A stretch of DNA of 32,000 bases from Mojavia pulchra JT2-VF2 (GCA_019359325.1 JAHHHN010000004.1:266026-298025), one strand, 5' to 3'. Counted from the stretch's first letter, positions 1-8,856 are shown. The notes: generated from the letters alone by a model not told the origin. Made by a program: numbers and translations.

Positions 1-2
1 TC

Positions 3-149
3 CAACACGCGATCGCTTGCTTTGAAGCAGCCCAGCGCATTCACCCCAAAGACTACGCTGTAGATATCCACCTAGAACGCGCGTACAATTATCAAAAAAC
101 ACCACCCCCAGATTCTTGGGATGGTGTTTGGACAATAAATGTTAAATAA
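3..149 (+). CDS. 3' end of an upstream gene (partial; start lies before the window), TPR-like C-terminal tail
   Basis: Frame 3 is open from the window edge to TAA at 147..149 (QHAIACFEAAQRIHPKDYAVDIHLERAYNYQKTPPPDSWDGVWTINVK). The A-x-x-F-E-x-A-x-x-I-x-P-x-D-Y pattern resembles a TPR helix pair. Only 48 codons are visible. Confidence 0.4.
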   Translation, partial: QHAIACFEAAQRIHPKDYAVDIHLERAYNYQKTPPPDSWDGVWTINVK

Positions 150-390
150 CCAAGTAAATCAACTATTTCTCAAAAAATCCAGGCATTTTGCGAATGAGAG
201 AATGAAAAAGAATACTTGTTAAAAGCCAAAACCCATTTCATTTATTGTTGATATTTAGGGAACTCCAAAAAATAAATTATCTAATTTTACTCCTTCAAAA
301 CGGCTTTCCCTCCCCCTGCTCCCTGCTCCCCTGCCATCAAAGCGATGGAATATTTTTTTACTTGGAAGTCCCTTACTTGCTCCATCTTCC

Positions 391-672
391 TTAGCTTCCA
401 CCTTCAGAATCTTCTTGGTCATCTTTGAAAGCATCTTCACCGATTCTTAGTTGTTTCTTAGAGCGTTTCAACTGTTTCCAAAGATCCTTTATTTGCTCAT
501 ACGCTTCATCTGGCGGTAGTTTTCCGCCTGTTTCTAAGTTACAGATATAACTTACTTTTTGAGCAAATTCCTGTAGATTCGCATTGAAAACCAAGTTTTC
601 AGGCTTTACCTGACCGTAGTAGCGACCACGAGGATAGAGAAAATCATCTTTGCTCACTGTATTTTTCTCCAT
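391..672 (-). CDS. small hypothetical protein (93 aa) with a charged C-terminal tail
   Basis: ATG-initiated ORF with a non-repetitive, globular-looking sequence (MEKNTVSKDDFLYPRGRYYGQVKPENLVFNANLQEFAQKVSYICNLETGGKLPPDEAYEQIKDLWKQL...). I cannot assign a catalytic motif. Confidence 0.55.
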   Translation of the reverse strand: MEKNTVSKDDFLYPRGRYYGQVKPENLVFNANLQEFAQKVSYICNLETGGKLPPDEAYEQIKDLWKQLKRSKKQLRIGEDAFKDDQEDSEGGS

Positions 673-1263
673 TATTCGATTCCCCCCTGTGTTGATATTC
701 CGAAGCTTAATCAGTACTCACCTTAATGTCTATTTTGTCAAGCAGGGAGTAATTAGATTATTTAACCACTCTTGTTTAATGGCTGTGGGTAAATTTGTCA
801 ATACAAAAATTGAAAAAAATAATTAAAGCCGAGAATTGTTGAACAGCAAGCTTTATCAAGTATGTCACTTCCCTTATGCCAAAAGCGCATAGCTTCATCT
901 GTTCCTAATCGCCAATTCAGTTGAGCTTCTTTCATTAATTGCTGCAATGGGAATTTTTACTAATCCTACTCAGATTTAATTTTATCAACGTATTAATATA
1001 TACTAGCTTTTTTATTTTCAATACTTTACTCCAAGCAAAAACAATTTCTATATTTATTGTTTAAAAAAGCCTATTTTATGAAAAATTGCTGTGTGCTAAA
1101 GATGACTTTGCTTGTTTATCTTCTATCTGTAAATTTTCTGTATTAACCTACAGTATTTGCCTACTGATCAATGACTCATGGCTAATCGCCAATAACTAAA
1201 GATAAAATGGTTTAGCCTCAAAAGATAAAACTTGCCCATCACCTCTTACTTGTACCTACTACC

Positions 1264-2001
1264 ATGTCTGTCTATCCCAAGTTATACGAAGGCAAAGCAA
1301 AAATCCTCTATAAAACGGATGATCCTGAAGTTTTATTGGCTGATTTCAAAGACGATGCCACTGCCTTTAATGCCCAGAAACGTGGCAGTATCATAGGTAA
1401 GGGTAATATTAATTGTAGCATTTCTAGCAAACTATTTCAGCAGTTGGAAGCACAGGGTATCAAAACTCACTTTATTGACAGCCCTGCCCCACATCAAATG
1501 CGGGTGAAGGCGGTAAAGATTTTGCCAATAGAAGTAGTTGTGAGAAATATTGCAGCAGGCAGTCTGTGTCAACAAACAGGGCTGCCATTGGGCACAATAT
1601 TGAAACAGCCTTTAGTGGAGTTTTATTACAAAAATGACCAATTAGGAGATCCTCTGTTGACACGCGATCGCCTCTACCTGCTGGAATTAGCCACTCCGGA
1701 ACAAGTTGATACCATTACTCATCTAGCATTGCAAATTAACGAATTTCTCAGAGGCTTTTGGCAGAGTTGCGGAATTACACTAGTAGACTTCAAACTAGAG
1801 TTTGGCTTGGACTCAAACGAGCAGGTGCTTTTAGCTGATGAAATTAGCCCCGACACGTGTAGGTTGTGGGACACAGCAGAAGAGGACGTTAATCGCCGGG
1901 TAATGGACAAAGACAGATTCCGCCGGGACTTAGGAAACATCGAAAATGCCTACCAGGAGGTTTTACAAAGAGTCTTACAAGCAGTAGAAAGTCAAAATTA
2001 A
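1264..2001 (+). CDS. purC: phosphoribosylaminoimidazole-succinocarboxamide (SAICAR) synthase
   Basis: The 245-aa ORF is colinear with PurC. It has LYEGKAKILY at the N-terminus, VEVVVRNIAAGS, LVDFKLEFG, ADEISPDTCRLWD and MDKDRFRR blocks. Confidence 0.95.
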   Translation: MSVYPKLYEGKAKILYKTDDPEVLLADFKDDATAFNAQKRGSIIGKGNINCSISSKLFQQLEAQGIKTHFIDSPAPHQMRVKAVKILPIEVVVRNIAAGSLCQQTGLPLGTILKQPLVEFYYKNDQLGDPLLTRDRLYLLELATPEQVDTITHLALQINEFLRGFWQSCGITLVDFKLEFGLDSNEQVLLADEISPDTCRLWDTAEEDVNRRVMDKDRFRRDLGNIENAYQEVLQRVLQAVESQN

Positions 2002-2005
2002 ATTT

Positions 2006-2041
2006 AAAAGGTAAAAATATCATTTTTGATTCTTACCTTTT
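2006..2041 (+). terminator. candidate stem-loop terminator after purC
   Basis: AAAAGGTAA (2006..2014) pairs perfectly with TTACCTTTT (2033..2041) around an 18-nt loop, 5 nt after the purC stop. The U-run is part of the stem, so it is a weak canonical terminator. Confidence 0.35.
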
Positions 2042-2071
2042 GCAGCAAGCATTATTGCTTTGTGATGGTGT

Positions 2072-4474
2072 GTGGACTTGAACAGGAATGTAAAGAAAAT
2101 GCGTTTATCTCCCGTATTGGTGGCAGCGGTAGCAATTGCAGCGCCTTTAGGTGGGCCGTTGAGTGCAAATGCACAAACCGCTAACAGTTTCAAACAAACA
2201 GCAGCGGTCATCGTACCGACAACAAATCAACAGCCTGAGAATCATATTAGTTCTAGCGCTGAGTCAACTGGGGCTGCGGTCTTGGAGGGTCTTCAGTCTC
2301 CTAATGTTGGGGCGTTTCCAAATCAATCAGCAGCGACTACGACAGCAAATGTCATACTGCCAAGCGTGGCAAATGTTGTGGCGTTTCCAAATCAATCAGC
2401 AGCGACTACGACAGCAAATGTCATACTGCCAAGCGCGACAAAGCCAATAACTGCACAAGTTTCTCCAGGAACCACACAGCCTAATCCCCAACCAACTCCA
2501 GCTCCTGACATTCCGCCCCCAGGTATTCAGCAACCATTACCTTCCCCATCTCCTGGTAATGCTCCATCTCAAGAGAATGTCAACCCCCCTGTGGGAGAAC
2601 CTGTATTTCCCGCAACTCCAGAAACAACTCCAGAAACGACCGAACCGCGTGTGCTGGTATCGGAAGTGGCAGTAAGAACCCAAACAGGGCAACTGACACC
2701 AGATTTGGAAAACCAAATTTACAAAGTGATTCGTACCCAACCGGGAAGGACAACCACTCGTTCTCAACTACAAGAAGATATTAATGCCATCTTTGGTACT
2801 GGCTTTTTCTCCAATGTCCAGGCAGTGCCAGAAGATACACCTTTAGGGGTGCGGGTGAGTTTTGTCGTTCAGCCTAACCCCATCCTCACCAAAGTACAAA
2901 TTCAAGCTAATCCCGGCACTGGTGTTGCCTCTGTACTGCCTCAAAATACTGCTGATGAAGTTTTTCGCGATCAGTATGGTAGGATTCTCAACTTGCGTGA
3001 CTTGCAGGAAAGTATCAAGCAGTTAACCAAGCGGTATCAAGACCAAGGTTATGTGCTGGCCAATGTGATCGGAGCGCCCCAAGTCTCGGAAAATGGAGTT
3101 GTTACCCTACTAGTAGCTGAAGGGGTAGTAGAAGACATTAGAGTCCGGTTCCGCAGTAAAGAAGGTCAGGAAACAGACGAAAAGGGACAACCAATTCGCG
3201 GACGGACACAGGAATATATAATCACGCGAGAATTGCAGTTGAAGCCAGGACAAGTCTTTAACCGCAACACAGTACAAAGAGACTTACAAAGAGTATATGG
3301 GCTGGGAATCTTTGAAGATGTGAATATCTCCTTAGACCCTGGTAGCGACCCCAGCAAAGTAGATGTAGTAGTGAATGTGGCTGAACGCAATAGCGGTTCT
3401 ATTGCCGCAGGTGCAGGGATTAGTTCTGCCAGTGGATTATTCGGTACCATTAGTTATCAGCAGCAAAACCTCAATGGCAGAAACCAAAGACTGGGAGCAG
3501 AGTTACAAGTAGGTCAGCGGGAACTGCTGTTTGACCTACGCTTTACCGATCCTTGGATTGCGGGAGATCCTTACCGGACTTCCTACACAGCTAATATTTT
3601 CCGTCGCCGTTCAATTTCGTTGATTTTTGATGGCAAAGATGAAAATATTGAGACTTTCGCACCAGATGCAACAGATGGCGATCGCCCTCGTGTTGTCCGT
3701 TTAGGTGGCGGTGTCACCTTTACTCGTCCCCTTTCTGCCAATCCCTACGAAAATTCTGAATGGACAGCCTCAGCTGGTTTGCAGTATCAACGTGTTTCCA
3801 CTAAAGATGCTGATGGCAACAGCAGAAGCCAAGGAACAATCTTCAGGGATGGACAGCCTACAGAAATAATTCCCTTGACTCAATCTGGGACAGGTAATGA
3901 TGATTTATTGCTATTCCAACTAGGAGCGCAACGCGATCGCCGTAATAACCCCTTGCAACCTACTAGCGGTTCTTATCTCCGTTTTGGCGTCGATCAATCA
4001 GTGCCAGTAGGACAAGGTAATATTTTCCTTACCAGGTTACGCGGTAGTTACAGCCAGTATTTACCCATACAGTTAATTAGTTTGGCTAAAGGCCCACAAA
4101 CTCTCGCTTTTAACTTGCAAGGCGGAACTGTTTTAGGTGACTTACCTCCCTATGAAGCCTTTACCTTAGGTGGAAGTAACTCTGTCCGTGGTTATGAAGA
4201 AGGAACATTAACCAGCGCCCGCAGTTATGTGCAAGCTTCAGTTGAGTATCGCTTCCCAGTTTTCTCGGTAGTTAGCGGCGCATTATTTTTTGATTTTGGT
4301 AGCGATCTCGGAACTAGTACTAGGGCTGCTGAGATCCTCAACAAAAATGGTACTGGCTATGGCTACGGTCTTGGCGTTCGTGTGCAATCACCACTAGGGC
4401 CAATTCGCATTGACTACGGTATCAACGATGACGGTGACAGCCGCATCAATTTTGGCATTGGCGAAAGGTTTTAG
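2072..4474 (+). CDS. bamA: Omp85/BamA-family outer-membrane protein assembly factor (cyanobacterial Omp85, Toc75-like)
   Basis: There is a signal peptide (MRLSPVLVAAVAIAAPLGGPLSANAQ if translation starts at ATG 2099; the ORF track uses GTG 2072). A Pro-rich linker and POTRA-like repeats (RTQPGRTTTRSQLQEDINAIFGTGFF; RELQLKPGQVFNRNTVQRDLQRVYGLGIFEDV) follow. The C-terminal beta-barrel has VRGY and a terminal aromatic (GIGERF). It sits in front of lpxC-fabZ-lpxA-lpxB, as in the Anabaena lipid A cluster. Confidence 0.9.
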   Translation: MDLNRNVKKMRLSPVLVAAVAIAAPLGGPLSANAQTANSFKQTAAVIVPTTNQQPENHISSSAESTGAAVLEGLQSPNVGAFPNQSAATTTANVILPSVANVVAFPNQSAATTTANVILPSATKPITAQVSPGTTQPNPQPTPAPDIPPPGIQQPLPSPSPGNAPSQENVNPPVGEPVFPATPETTPETTEPRVLVSEVAVRTQTGQLTPDLENQIYKVIRTQPGRTTTRSQLQEDINAIFGTGFFSNVQAVPEDTPLGVRVSFVVQPNPILTKVQIQANPGTGVASVLPQNTADEVFRDQYGRILNLRDLQESIKQLTKRYQDQGYVLANVIGAPQVSENGVVTLLVAEGVVEDIRVRFRSKEGQETDEKGQPIRGRTQEYIITRELQLKPGQVFNRNTVQRDLQRVYGLGIFEDVNISLDPGSDPSKVDVVVNVAERNSGSIAAGAGISSASGLFGTISYQQQNLNGRNQRLGAELQVGQRELLFDLRFTDPWIAGDPYRTSYTANIFRRRSISLIFDGKDENIETFAPDATDGDRPRVVRLGGGVTFTRPLSANPYENSEWTASAGLQYQRVSTKDADGNSRSQGTIFRDGQPTEIIPLTQSGTGNDDLLLFQLGAQRDRRNNPLQPTSGSYLRFGVDQSVPVGQGNIFLTRLRGSYSQYLPIQLISLAKGPQTLAFNLQGGTVLGDLPPYEAFTLGGSNSVRGYEEGTLTSARSYVQASVEYRFPVFSVVSGALFFDFGSDLGTSTRAAEILNKNGTGYGYGLGVRVQSPLGPIRIDYGINDDGDSRINFGIGERF
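2303..2440 (+). repeat. 69-bp tandem duplication (2 copies, 66/69 identical) inside the bamA N-terminal linker
   Basis: Unit 1 is 2303..2371 and unit 2 is 2372..2440, differing at unit positions 8, 65 and 67. The duplication encodes (G/V)AFPNQSAATTTANVILPS twice, in frame (23 codons). Confidence 0.95.
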
Positions 4475-4614
4475 ATTGTTAGTTGTGCGTCAGTTGCTAA
4501 CGACTGCTGACTATTAACCAATCTATTTCCGCGTTATCTTGCCAATTTTGACTTTTACCTCAATACTGTTCAGATATTAGTAACATTTCTAGGTGCAGTT
4601 CGAGGATTTTGCCT

Positions 4615-5466
4615 ATGCAACAACACACTTTAGCAGCAGAAATCACCAAAACCGGTGTGGGGCTGCATAGTGGTGTGAGTACCCACGTTCGGATATTACC
4701 AGCCGAGGTGGGTAGTGGGCGCTACTTTGTGCGAGTAGATTTACCAGATTCGCCAATTATTCCGGCACAAGTTGCAGCAGTTAGTCAAACTGTGCTTTCA
4801 ACTGAGCTGGGTAAAGGCGTGGCGTGCATTCGCACCGTAGAACATTTGTTAGCATCTCTTGCTGCTATAGGGGTGGATAACGCCCGGATTGAAATTGATG
4901 GCCCGGAACTACCACTGATGGATGGTTCGGCGAGGCTATGGGCAGAAAGCATCGCTCAAGTTGGCTTGTTATCACAACCAGTCACTGACGGTGAAGTAGC
5001 CCTCACTATTCAAGAGCCAATTTGGGTTTATCAAGGCGATGCCTTTGCTTGTGCCCTCCCAGCACCAGAAACCCGCTTTAGCTATGGTATTGACTTTGAC
5101 CTGTCTGCTATTGGTAACCAATGGCATAGTTGGTCACTAAGTGCTGACCTAGAAAAAGCTGCTGCTAGCTTCGCTATGGAAATTGCTCCAGCCCGCACCT
5201 TTGGTTTGCTGCATCAAATTGAACATTTACAGCAATCCGGTTTAATCAAGGGTGGGAGCTTGGATAATGCACTCGTTTGCGGCCCTGAAGGTTGGATCAA
5301 TCCACCATTAAGATTTGCAAATGAACCAGTACGTCATAAGATCTTGGATTTAGTAGGAGATTTGAGTTTACTAGGAAAATTTCCTGTTGCTCATTTCTTA
5401 GCGTATAAGGCCAGCCACAATTTACACATTCAACTGGCACAGAAAATTTTAGATTTGAAATTTTGA
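4615..5466 (+). CDS. lpxC: UDP-3-O-acyl-N-acetylglucosamine deacetylase
   Basis: [20 protein letters not shown] is a typical LpxC N-terminus. [18 protein letters not shown] and [10 protein letters not shown] motifs are present. The ORF track starts at TTG 4609; ATG 4615 is the more likely start. Confidence 0.9.
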   Translation: MQQHTLAAEITKTGVGLHSGVSTHVRILPAEVGSGRYFVRVDLPDSPIIPAQVAAVSQTVLSTELGKGVACIRTVEHLLASLAAIGVDNARIEIDGPELPLMDGSARLWAESIAQVGLLSQPVTDGEVALTIQEPIWVYQGDAFACALPAPETRFSYGIDFDLSAIGNQWHSWSLSADLEKAAASFAMEIAPARTFGLLHQIEHLQQSGLIKGGSLDNALVCGPEGWINPPLRFANEPVRHKILDLVGDLSLLGKFPVAHFLAYKASHNLHIQLAQKILDLKF

Positions 5467-5547
5467 ATTCAATCCAAAATTTCAAATCTTCAAGGTTTTC
5501 AACGCACATCTACATCAATTCCAGATTCAAAATCTATCACACAGCCA

Positions 5548-6078
5548 ATGTCAATCCTCACTGAAGCTGATACTATCAATGCGGTTGCACCTGCATCTAC
5601 CGAACCTCAAGCTAACAATGAAACCAATAACACACCAGAGATAAAAACAACTTTCTTCACAGAAGAAATTCAACAACTGCTACCCCACCGCTATCCTTTT
5701 TTACTTGTAGACCGGATTATTGACTATGTTCCAGGGAAACGAGCAGTGGGCGTTAAAAATGTCACTGTCAATGAACCCCATTTTCAAGGTCATTTTCCAG
5801 AGCGTCCACTGATGCCAGGAGTGCTAATTGTAGAAGCAATGGCACAAGTAGGCGGCGTAGTTATGACGCAGCTACCAGAGTTTGAAGGTGGACTATTCGT
5901 TTTTGTTGGTATCGATAAAGTCCGTTTCCGTCGCCAAGTAGTTCCAGGCGATCAGCTGATCATGACCGTGGAACTGTTGTGGGTTAAACAACGTCGTTTC
6001 GGTAAAATGCAAGGTCGTGCTGAAGTCGACGGTCAGATTGCTGCTGAAGGCGAACTGATGTTTTCCCTAATAAATTAA
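5548..6078 (+). CDS. fabZ: 3-hydroxyacyl-ACP dehydratase
   Basis: It has [40 protein letters not shown] and a hotdog-fold C-terminus. A non-conserved N-terminal extension of about 35 aa precedes these. Confidence 0.95.
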   Translation: MSILTEADTINAVAPASTEPQANNETNNTPEIKTTFFTEEIQQLLPHRYPFLLVDRIIDYVPGKRAVGVKNVTVNEPHFQGHFPERPLMPGVLIVEAMAQVGGVVMTQLPEFEGGLFVFVGIDKVRFRRQVVPGDQLIMTVELLWVKQRRFGKMQGRAEVDGQIAAEGELMFSLIN

Positions 6079-6223
6079 AAATTTGCTCTTGTGGTACAGG
6101 CACAGCCGTGAAGTGCCTTTACTTTGACCTGAAAAAGGATAGCAGTAAAACCAATCAGCCACAATAGCATTTTATAATTTCTTAATTTCGCCGCCCTCAC
6201 ACACAACTTGCTTCGCCCGACAC

Positions 6224-6264
6224 TTTCGGTAACTGAATACTTATTTTCGGTAACCGAATACTTA
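6224..6264 (+). repeat. 21-bp tandem direct repeat upstream of lpxA
   Basis: TTTCGGTAACTGAATACTTA (6224..6243), then T, then TTTCGGTAACCGAATACTTA (6245..6264), with one mismatch. It lies in the fabZ-lpxA spacer and creates the artefactual SVTEYLFSVTEYL extension in the ORF track. Confidence 0.9.
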
Positions 6265-6300
6265 AACGTTCAGCACTCAAGACAGTTCGGAGATTCACCC

Positions 6301-7119
6301 TTGAAGACGCTTATTCACCCAACTGCTGTAATTCATCCTAACTCGGAACTTCACCCAACAGTGCAAGTCGGTGCCTATGCTGTGATTGGAGCGCATGTCA
6401 AAGTTGGCCCTGAAAGTATAATTGGCGCTCATGTAGTGCTAGAAGGGCCCTGCGAAATTGGGGCGCGAAATCAAATTTTTCCAGGAGCAGCTATCGGCAT
6501 GGAACCCCAGGATCTCAAATATGTGGGAGAACCTACCTGGGTCAAAATTGGTGACAATAATCAAATACGTGAGTACGTCACTATTAACCGCGCCACCGGT
6601 GCTGGACAAGCAACAGTGATTGGCAGCAACAATCTACTGATGGCTTATGTCCATGTGGCTCATAACTGTGTTATTGAAGATCATGTAATAATTCCCAACT
6701 CAGTAGCGCTAGCGGGTCATGTCCACATAGAATCACGCGCTAGGCTCGGTGGGGTTTTAGGAGTTCATCAATTTGTACATATTGGTAGACATGCAATGGT
6801 AGGAGGCATGGCACGTATTGACCGAGATGTACCGCCATATATGCTTGTGGAGGGCAATCCTGCACGAGTACGAACCCTCAACCTTGTGGGGTTAAAACGC
6901 TCTGGTATGAACCCAAGCGATTTACAAATCCTCAAAAAAGCCTTCCGCATTCTCTATCGCTCTAATTTAACTTTTACAGAGGCTTTGGAACAGTTAGAAT
7001 TGCTTGGCGATACTGAACAGCTACAACATCTGCGTCGCTTTCTGCTACTTTCTAAGATGCCAGGAAGACGTGGTTTAATTCCTGGAAAGGGTAAACCGAG
7101 CGCAAGTGATGAGTCTTGA
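6301..7119 (+). CDS. lpxA: acyl-ACP--UDP-N-acetylglucosamine O-acyltransferase
   Basis: Left-handed beta-helix hexapeptide repeats (IHPTAVIHPNSELHPTVQVGAYAVIGAHVKVG...) are followed by a C-terminal helical domain (NLVGLKRSGM..LKKAFRILYRS). The probable start is TTG 6301 (LKTLIHPTA...); the track ORF from 6208 reads through the upstream tandem repeat. Confidence 0.9.
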   Translation: MKTLIHPTAVIHPNSELHPTVQVGAYAVIGAHVKVGPESIIGAHVVLEGPCEIGARNQIFPGAAIGMEPQDLKYVGEPTWVKIGDNNQIREYVTINRATGAGQATVIGSNNLLMAYVHVAHNCVIEDHVIIPNSVALAGHVHIESRARLGGVLGVHQFVHIGRHAMVGGMARIDRDVPPYMLVEGNPARVRTLNLVGLKRSGMNPSDLQILKKAFRILYRSNLTFTEALEQLELLGDTEQLQHLRRFLLLSKMPGRRGLIPGKGKPSASDES

Positions 7120-7133
7120 GTTAGTTAGGAGTT

Positions 7134-7168
7134 ATGAATGATGAATTAATTTGCTATTCATCATTCAT
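7134..7168 (+). promoter_or_regulatory. 13-bp perfect stem-loop in the lpxA-lpxB spacer
   Basis: ATGAATGATGAAT (7134..7146) and ATTCATCATTCAT (7156..7168) are exact reverse complements separated by a 9-nt loop. The structure lies 15 nt after the lpxA stop and 52 nt before the lpxB ATG. Confidence 0.6.
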
Positions 7169-7219
7169 CATTCTCTATTGCTAATTTTCTGTTCCTTATT
7201 TTTTATCACCGATTACCAA

Positions 7220-8377
7220 ATGCGGATATTTATCAGCACTGGCGAAGTGTCTGGCGATTTGCAAGGTTCGATGCTGATTGCAGCGCTGAAGCGTCAAGCT
7301 GTGGCTGCTGGCTGGGAATTAGAAATTGCGGCGCTGGGCGGAGAAAAAATGGCAAAGGCAGGGGCGACCATACTGGGTAATACGAGTGGTATTGGCTCAA
7401 TGGGTCTATTAGAAGCCCTGCCTTTTGTTGTACCAACTCTGAAAGTACAGCGACAAGCGATCGCCCACCTCAAACAATATCCACCTGACCTAGTGCTGCT
7501 AATCGACTACATGAGTCCAAATCTGGGCATTGGCACTTATATGCAACAGCATCTGCCACACGTACCAGTAGTATATTACATAGCTCCGCAGGAGTGGGTG
7601 TGGTCAGTTAACCTGCGTAATACTAACCGAATTGTTGGCTTTACAAATAAACTTTTGGCAATTTTCCCAGAAGAAGCGCGTTATTTTAGCCAACAAGGAG
7701 CCAAAGTGACTTGGGTAGGGCATCCTCTTGTTGACCGGATGCAAGACGCTCCTAGTCGCCACGAAGCCCGCGCTAAATTGGGTATTTCACCAGAGTCTCT
7801 GGCGATCGCTCTTTTACCTGCTTCTCGCCACCAAGAATTAAAATATCTTTTACCAGTCATTTTTCAAGCTGCACAAACTATTCAAGCGAAATTACCAGAG
7901 GTTCATTTCTGGATACCTTTGTCTCTAGAAGAGTACAGACAGCCAATTGAAAAAGCAATTAAGCATTACGCTCTACAAGCTACAGTTTTATCAGGTCAAC
8001 AAAAAGAAGTTTTTGCCGCTGCTGATTTTGCCATTACCAAATCAGGCACAGTCAACCTAGAACTTGCTTTGTTAAACGTACCGCAAGTGGTTGCCTATCG
8101 CCTGAATCCGATTACTGCTTGGATTGCCCGTAAAATCTTAAGGGGTTCTATACCCTTTGCATCACCAGTTAATTTAGTGGTGATGAAGCCAATTGTGCCA
8201 GAGTTCTTACAAGAGCAAGCAACACCGGAGAATATTACCCAAGCGGTGATGGAATTACTACTTAACCGCGATCGCCAACAGCAAACTCTGGCAGATTATC
8301 AAGAAATGCGGCAGTGTTTAGGAGAAGTCGGAGTATGCGATCGCGCTGCTCAAGAAATTTTGCAAATGCTCAAATAG
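7220..8377 (+). CDS. lpxB: lipid-A-disaccharide synthase
   Basis: MRIFISTGEVSGDLQG is the canonical LpxB N-terminus. YYIAPQEWVWS, GHPLVD and ITKSGTVNLELALLNVPQVV blocks are present. ATG 7220 is preferred over the track start 7151, which adds a hydrophobic junk leader. Confidence 0.9.
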   Translation: MRIFISTGEVSGDLQGSMLIAALKRQAVAAGWELEIAALGGEKMAKAGATILGNTSGIGSMGLLEALPFVVPTLKVQRQAIAHLKQYPPDLVLLIDYMSPNLGIGTYMQQHLPHVPVVYYIAPQEWVWSVNLRNTNRIVGFTNKLLAIFPEEARYFSQQGAKVTWVGHPLVDRMQDAPSRHEARAKLGISPESLAIALLPASRHQELKYLLPVIFQAAQTIQAKLPEVHFWIPLSLEEYRQPIEKAIKHYALQATVLSGQQKEVFAAADFAITKSGTVNLELALLNVPQVVAYRLNPITAWIARKILRGSIPFASPVNLVVMKPIVPEFLQEQATPENITQAVMELLLNRDRQQQTLADYQEMRQCLGEVGVCDRAAQEILQMLK

Positions 8378-8473
8378 TGCCCAGTTGTGAGTGCCCAGTT
8401 GGGAAAGGATGTATTGTTTCAGGAGTAAGATAGCAAATGGAATTCTTTTAGCAAGGTTTTTGCAGTAGGTCTT

Positions 8474-8515
8474 AATTACGAATTACGAATTACGAATTAT
8501 GAATTACGAATTACG
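8474..8515 (+). repeat. heptanucleotide tandem repeat (AATTACG x6, STRR-like) containing the methyltransferase start codon
   Basis: The six units are 8474-8480, 8481-8487, 8488-8494, 8495-8501 (variant AATTATG), 8502-8508 and 8509-8515. The C-to-T variant in unit 4 creates the ATG at 8499..8501. Confidence 0.95.
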
Positions 8516-8752
8516 GCCAATTGCAGTTGACTTGTTCGCTGGTGCGGGTGGCATGACCCTTGGTTTTGAACAAGCTGGCTTTGATGTCCTTGCATCTGTG
8601 GAAATTGACCCTATCCATTGTGCTATCCACGAATTTAACTTTCCTTTCTGGACAGTGCTATGTCAAAGCGTTGTGGAAACAACAGGGGAAGAGATTAGAA
8701 AGCGATCCGAGATTGGCGATCGCGACATTGATGTAGTAATTTGTGGCTCACC
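8499..8752 (+). pseudogene. dcm: 5' fragment of a C5-cytosine DNA methyltransferase interrupted by the inserted element
   Basis: The fragment encodes MNYELRPIAVDLFAGAGGMTLGFEQAGF (motif I) and continues to ...DVVICGSP. It breaks inside motif IV, after which the frame reads element DNA (YNNNNFIFHNLEK...). Confidence 0.9.
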
Positions 8753-8772
8753 TTATAACAACAACAATTTTA

Positions 8773-8783
8773 TATTCCACAAT
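8773..8783 (+). repeat. left subterminal inverted repeat TATTCCACAAT (candidate recombinase-binding site)
   Basis: It is the exact reverse complement of 22519..22529. The 8-mer core TTCCACAA recurs in direct orientation at 8841..8848. Confidence 0.75.
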
Positions 8784-8856
8784 TTAGAAAAAATAACAAC
8801 AAGTAGGCTAATCTTCATGGTAGAGTTACTCTATTAAATCTTCCACAAAGTAGAAA

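Noticed and set aside
255-440. 61-aa minus-strand ORF
   Set aside because: It overlaps the 3' end of the better-supported 391..672 ORF in another frame. Its sequence is low-complexity (G/R/K-rich) and no start context supports it.
798-935. 45-aa minus-strand ORF (MKEAQLNWRLGTDEAMRFWHKGSDILDKACCSTILGFNYFFQFLY) in the AT-rich 673..1263 spacer
   Set aside because: It is too short, has no recognisable motif or RBS, and its tail runs into poly-T low-complexity sequence. I noted it only as a possible small protein.
2163-2450. 95-aa plus-strand ORF in an alternative frame of bamA, and minus-strand ORFs 2020..2211, 2537..2767 and 3166..3450
   Set aside because: They are embedded in the well-supported bamA reading frame. 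The 2163 ORF owes its internal repeat to the 69-bp duplication.
6208-6300. N-terminal extensions in the ORF track for lpxA (6208..6300), lpxB (7151..7219) and lpxC (4609..4614)
   Set aside because: The extensions are non-conserved junk (a repeat-derived or hydrophobic leader) ahead of canonical family N-termini. Internal starts at 6301, 7220 and 4615 fit better.
8753-8837. C-terminal tail of ORF 8499..8837 (YNNNNFIFHNLEKITTSRLIFMVELLY) and the TTG-initiated head of ORF 22520..23569 (MWNNYN)
   Set aside because: Both are read-through into, or out of, the element's terminal DNA. They are not genuine coding sequence. The real gene is the split methyltransferase.
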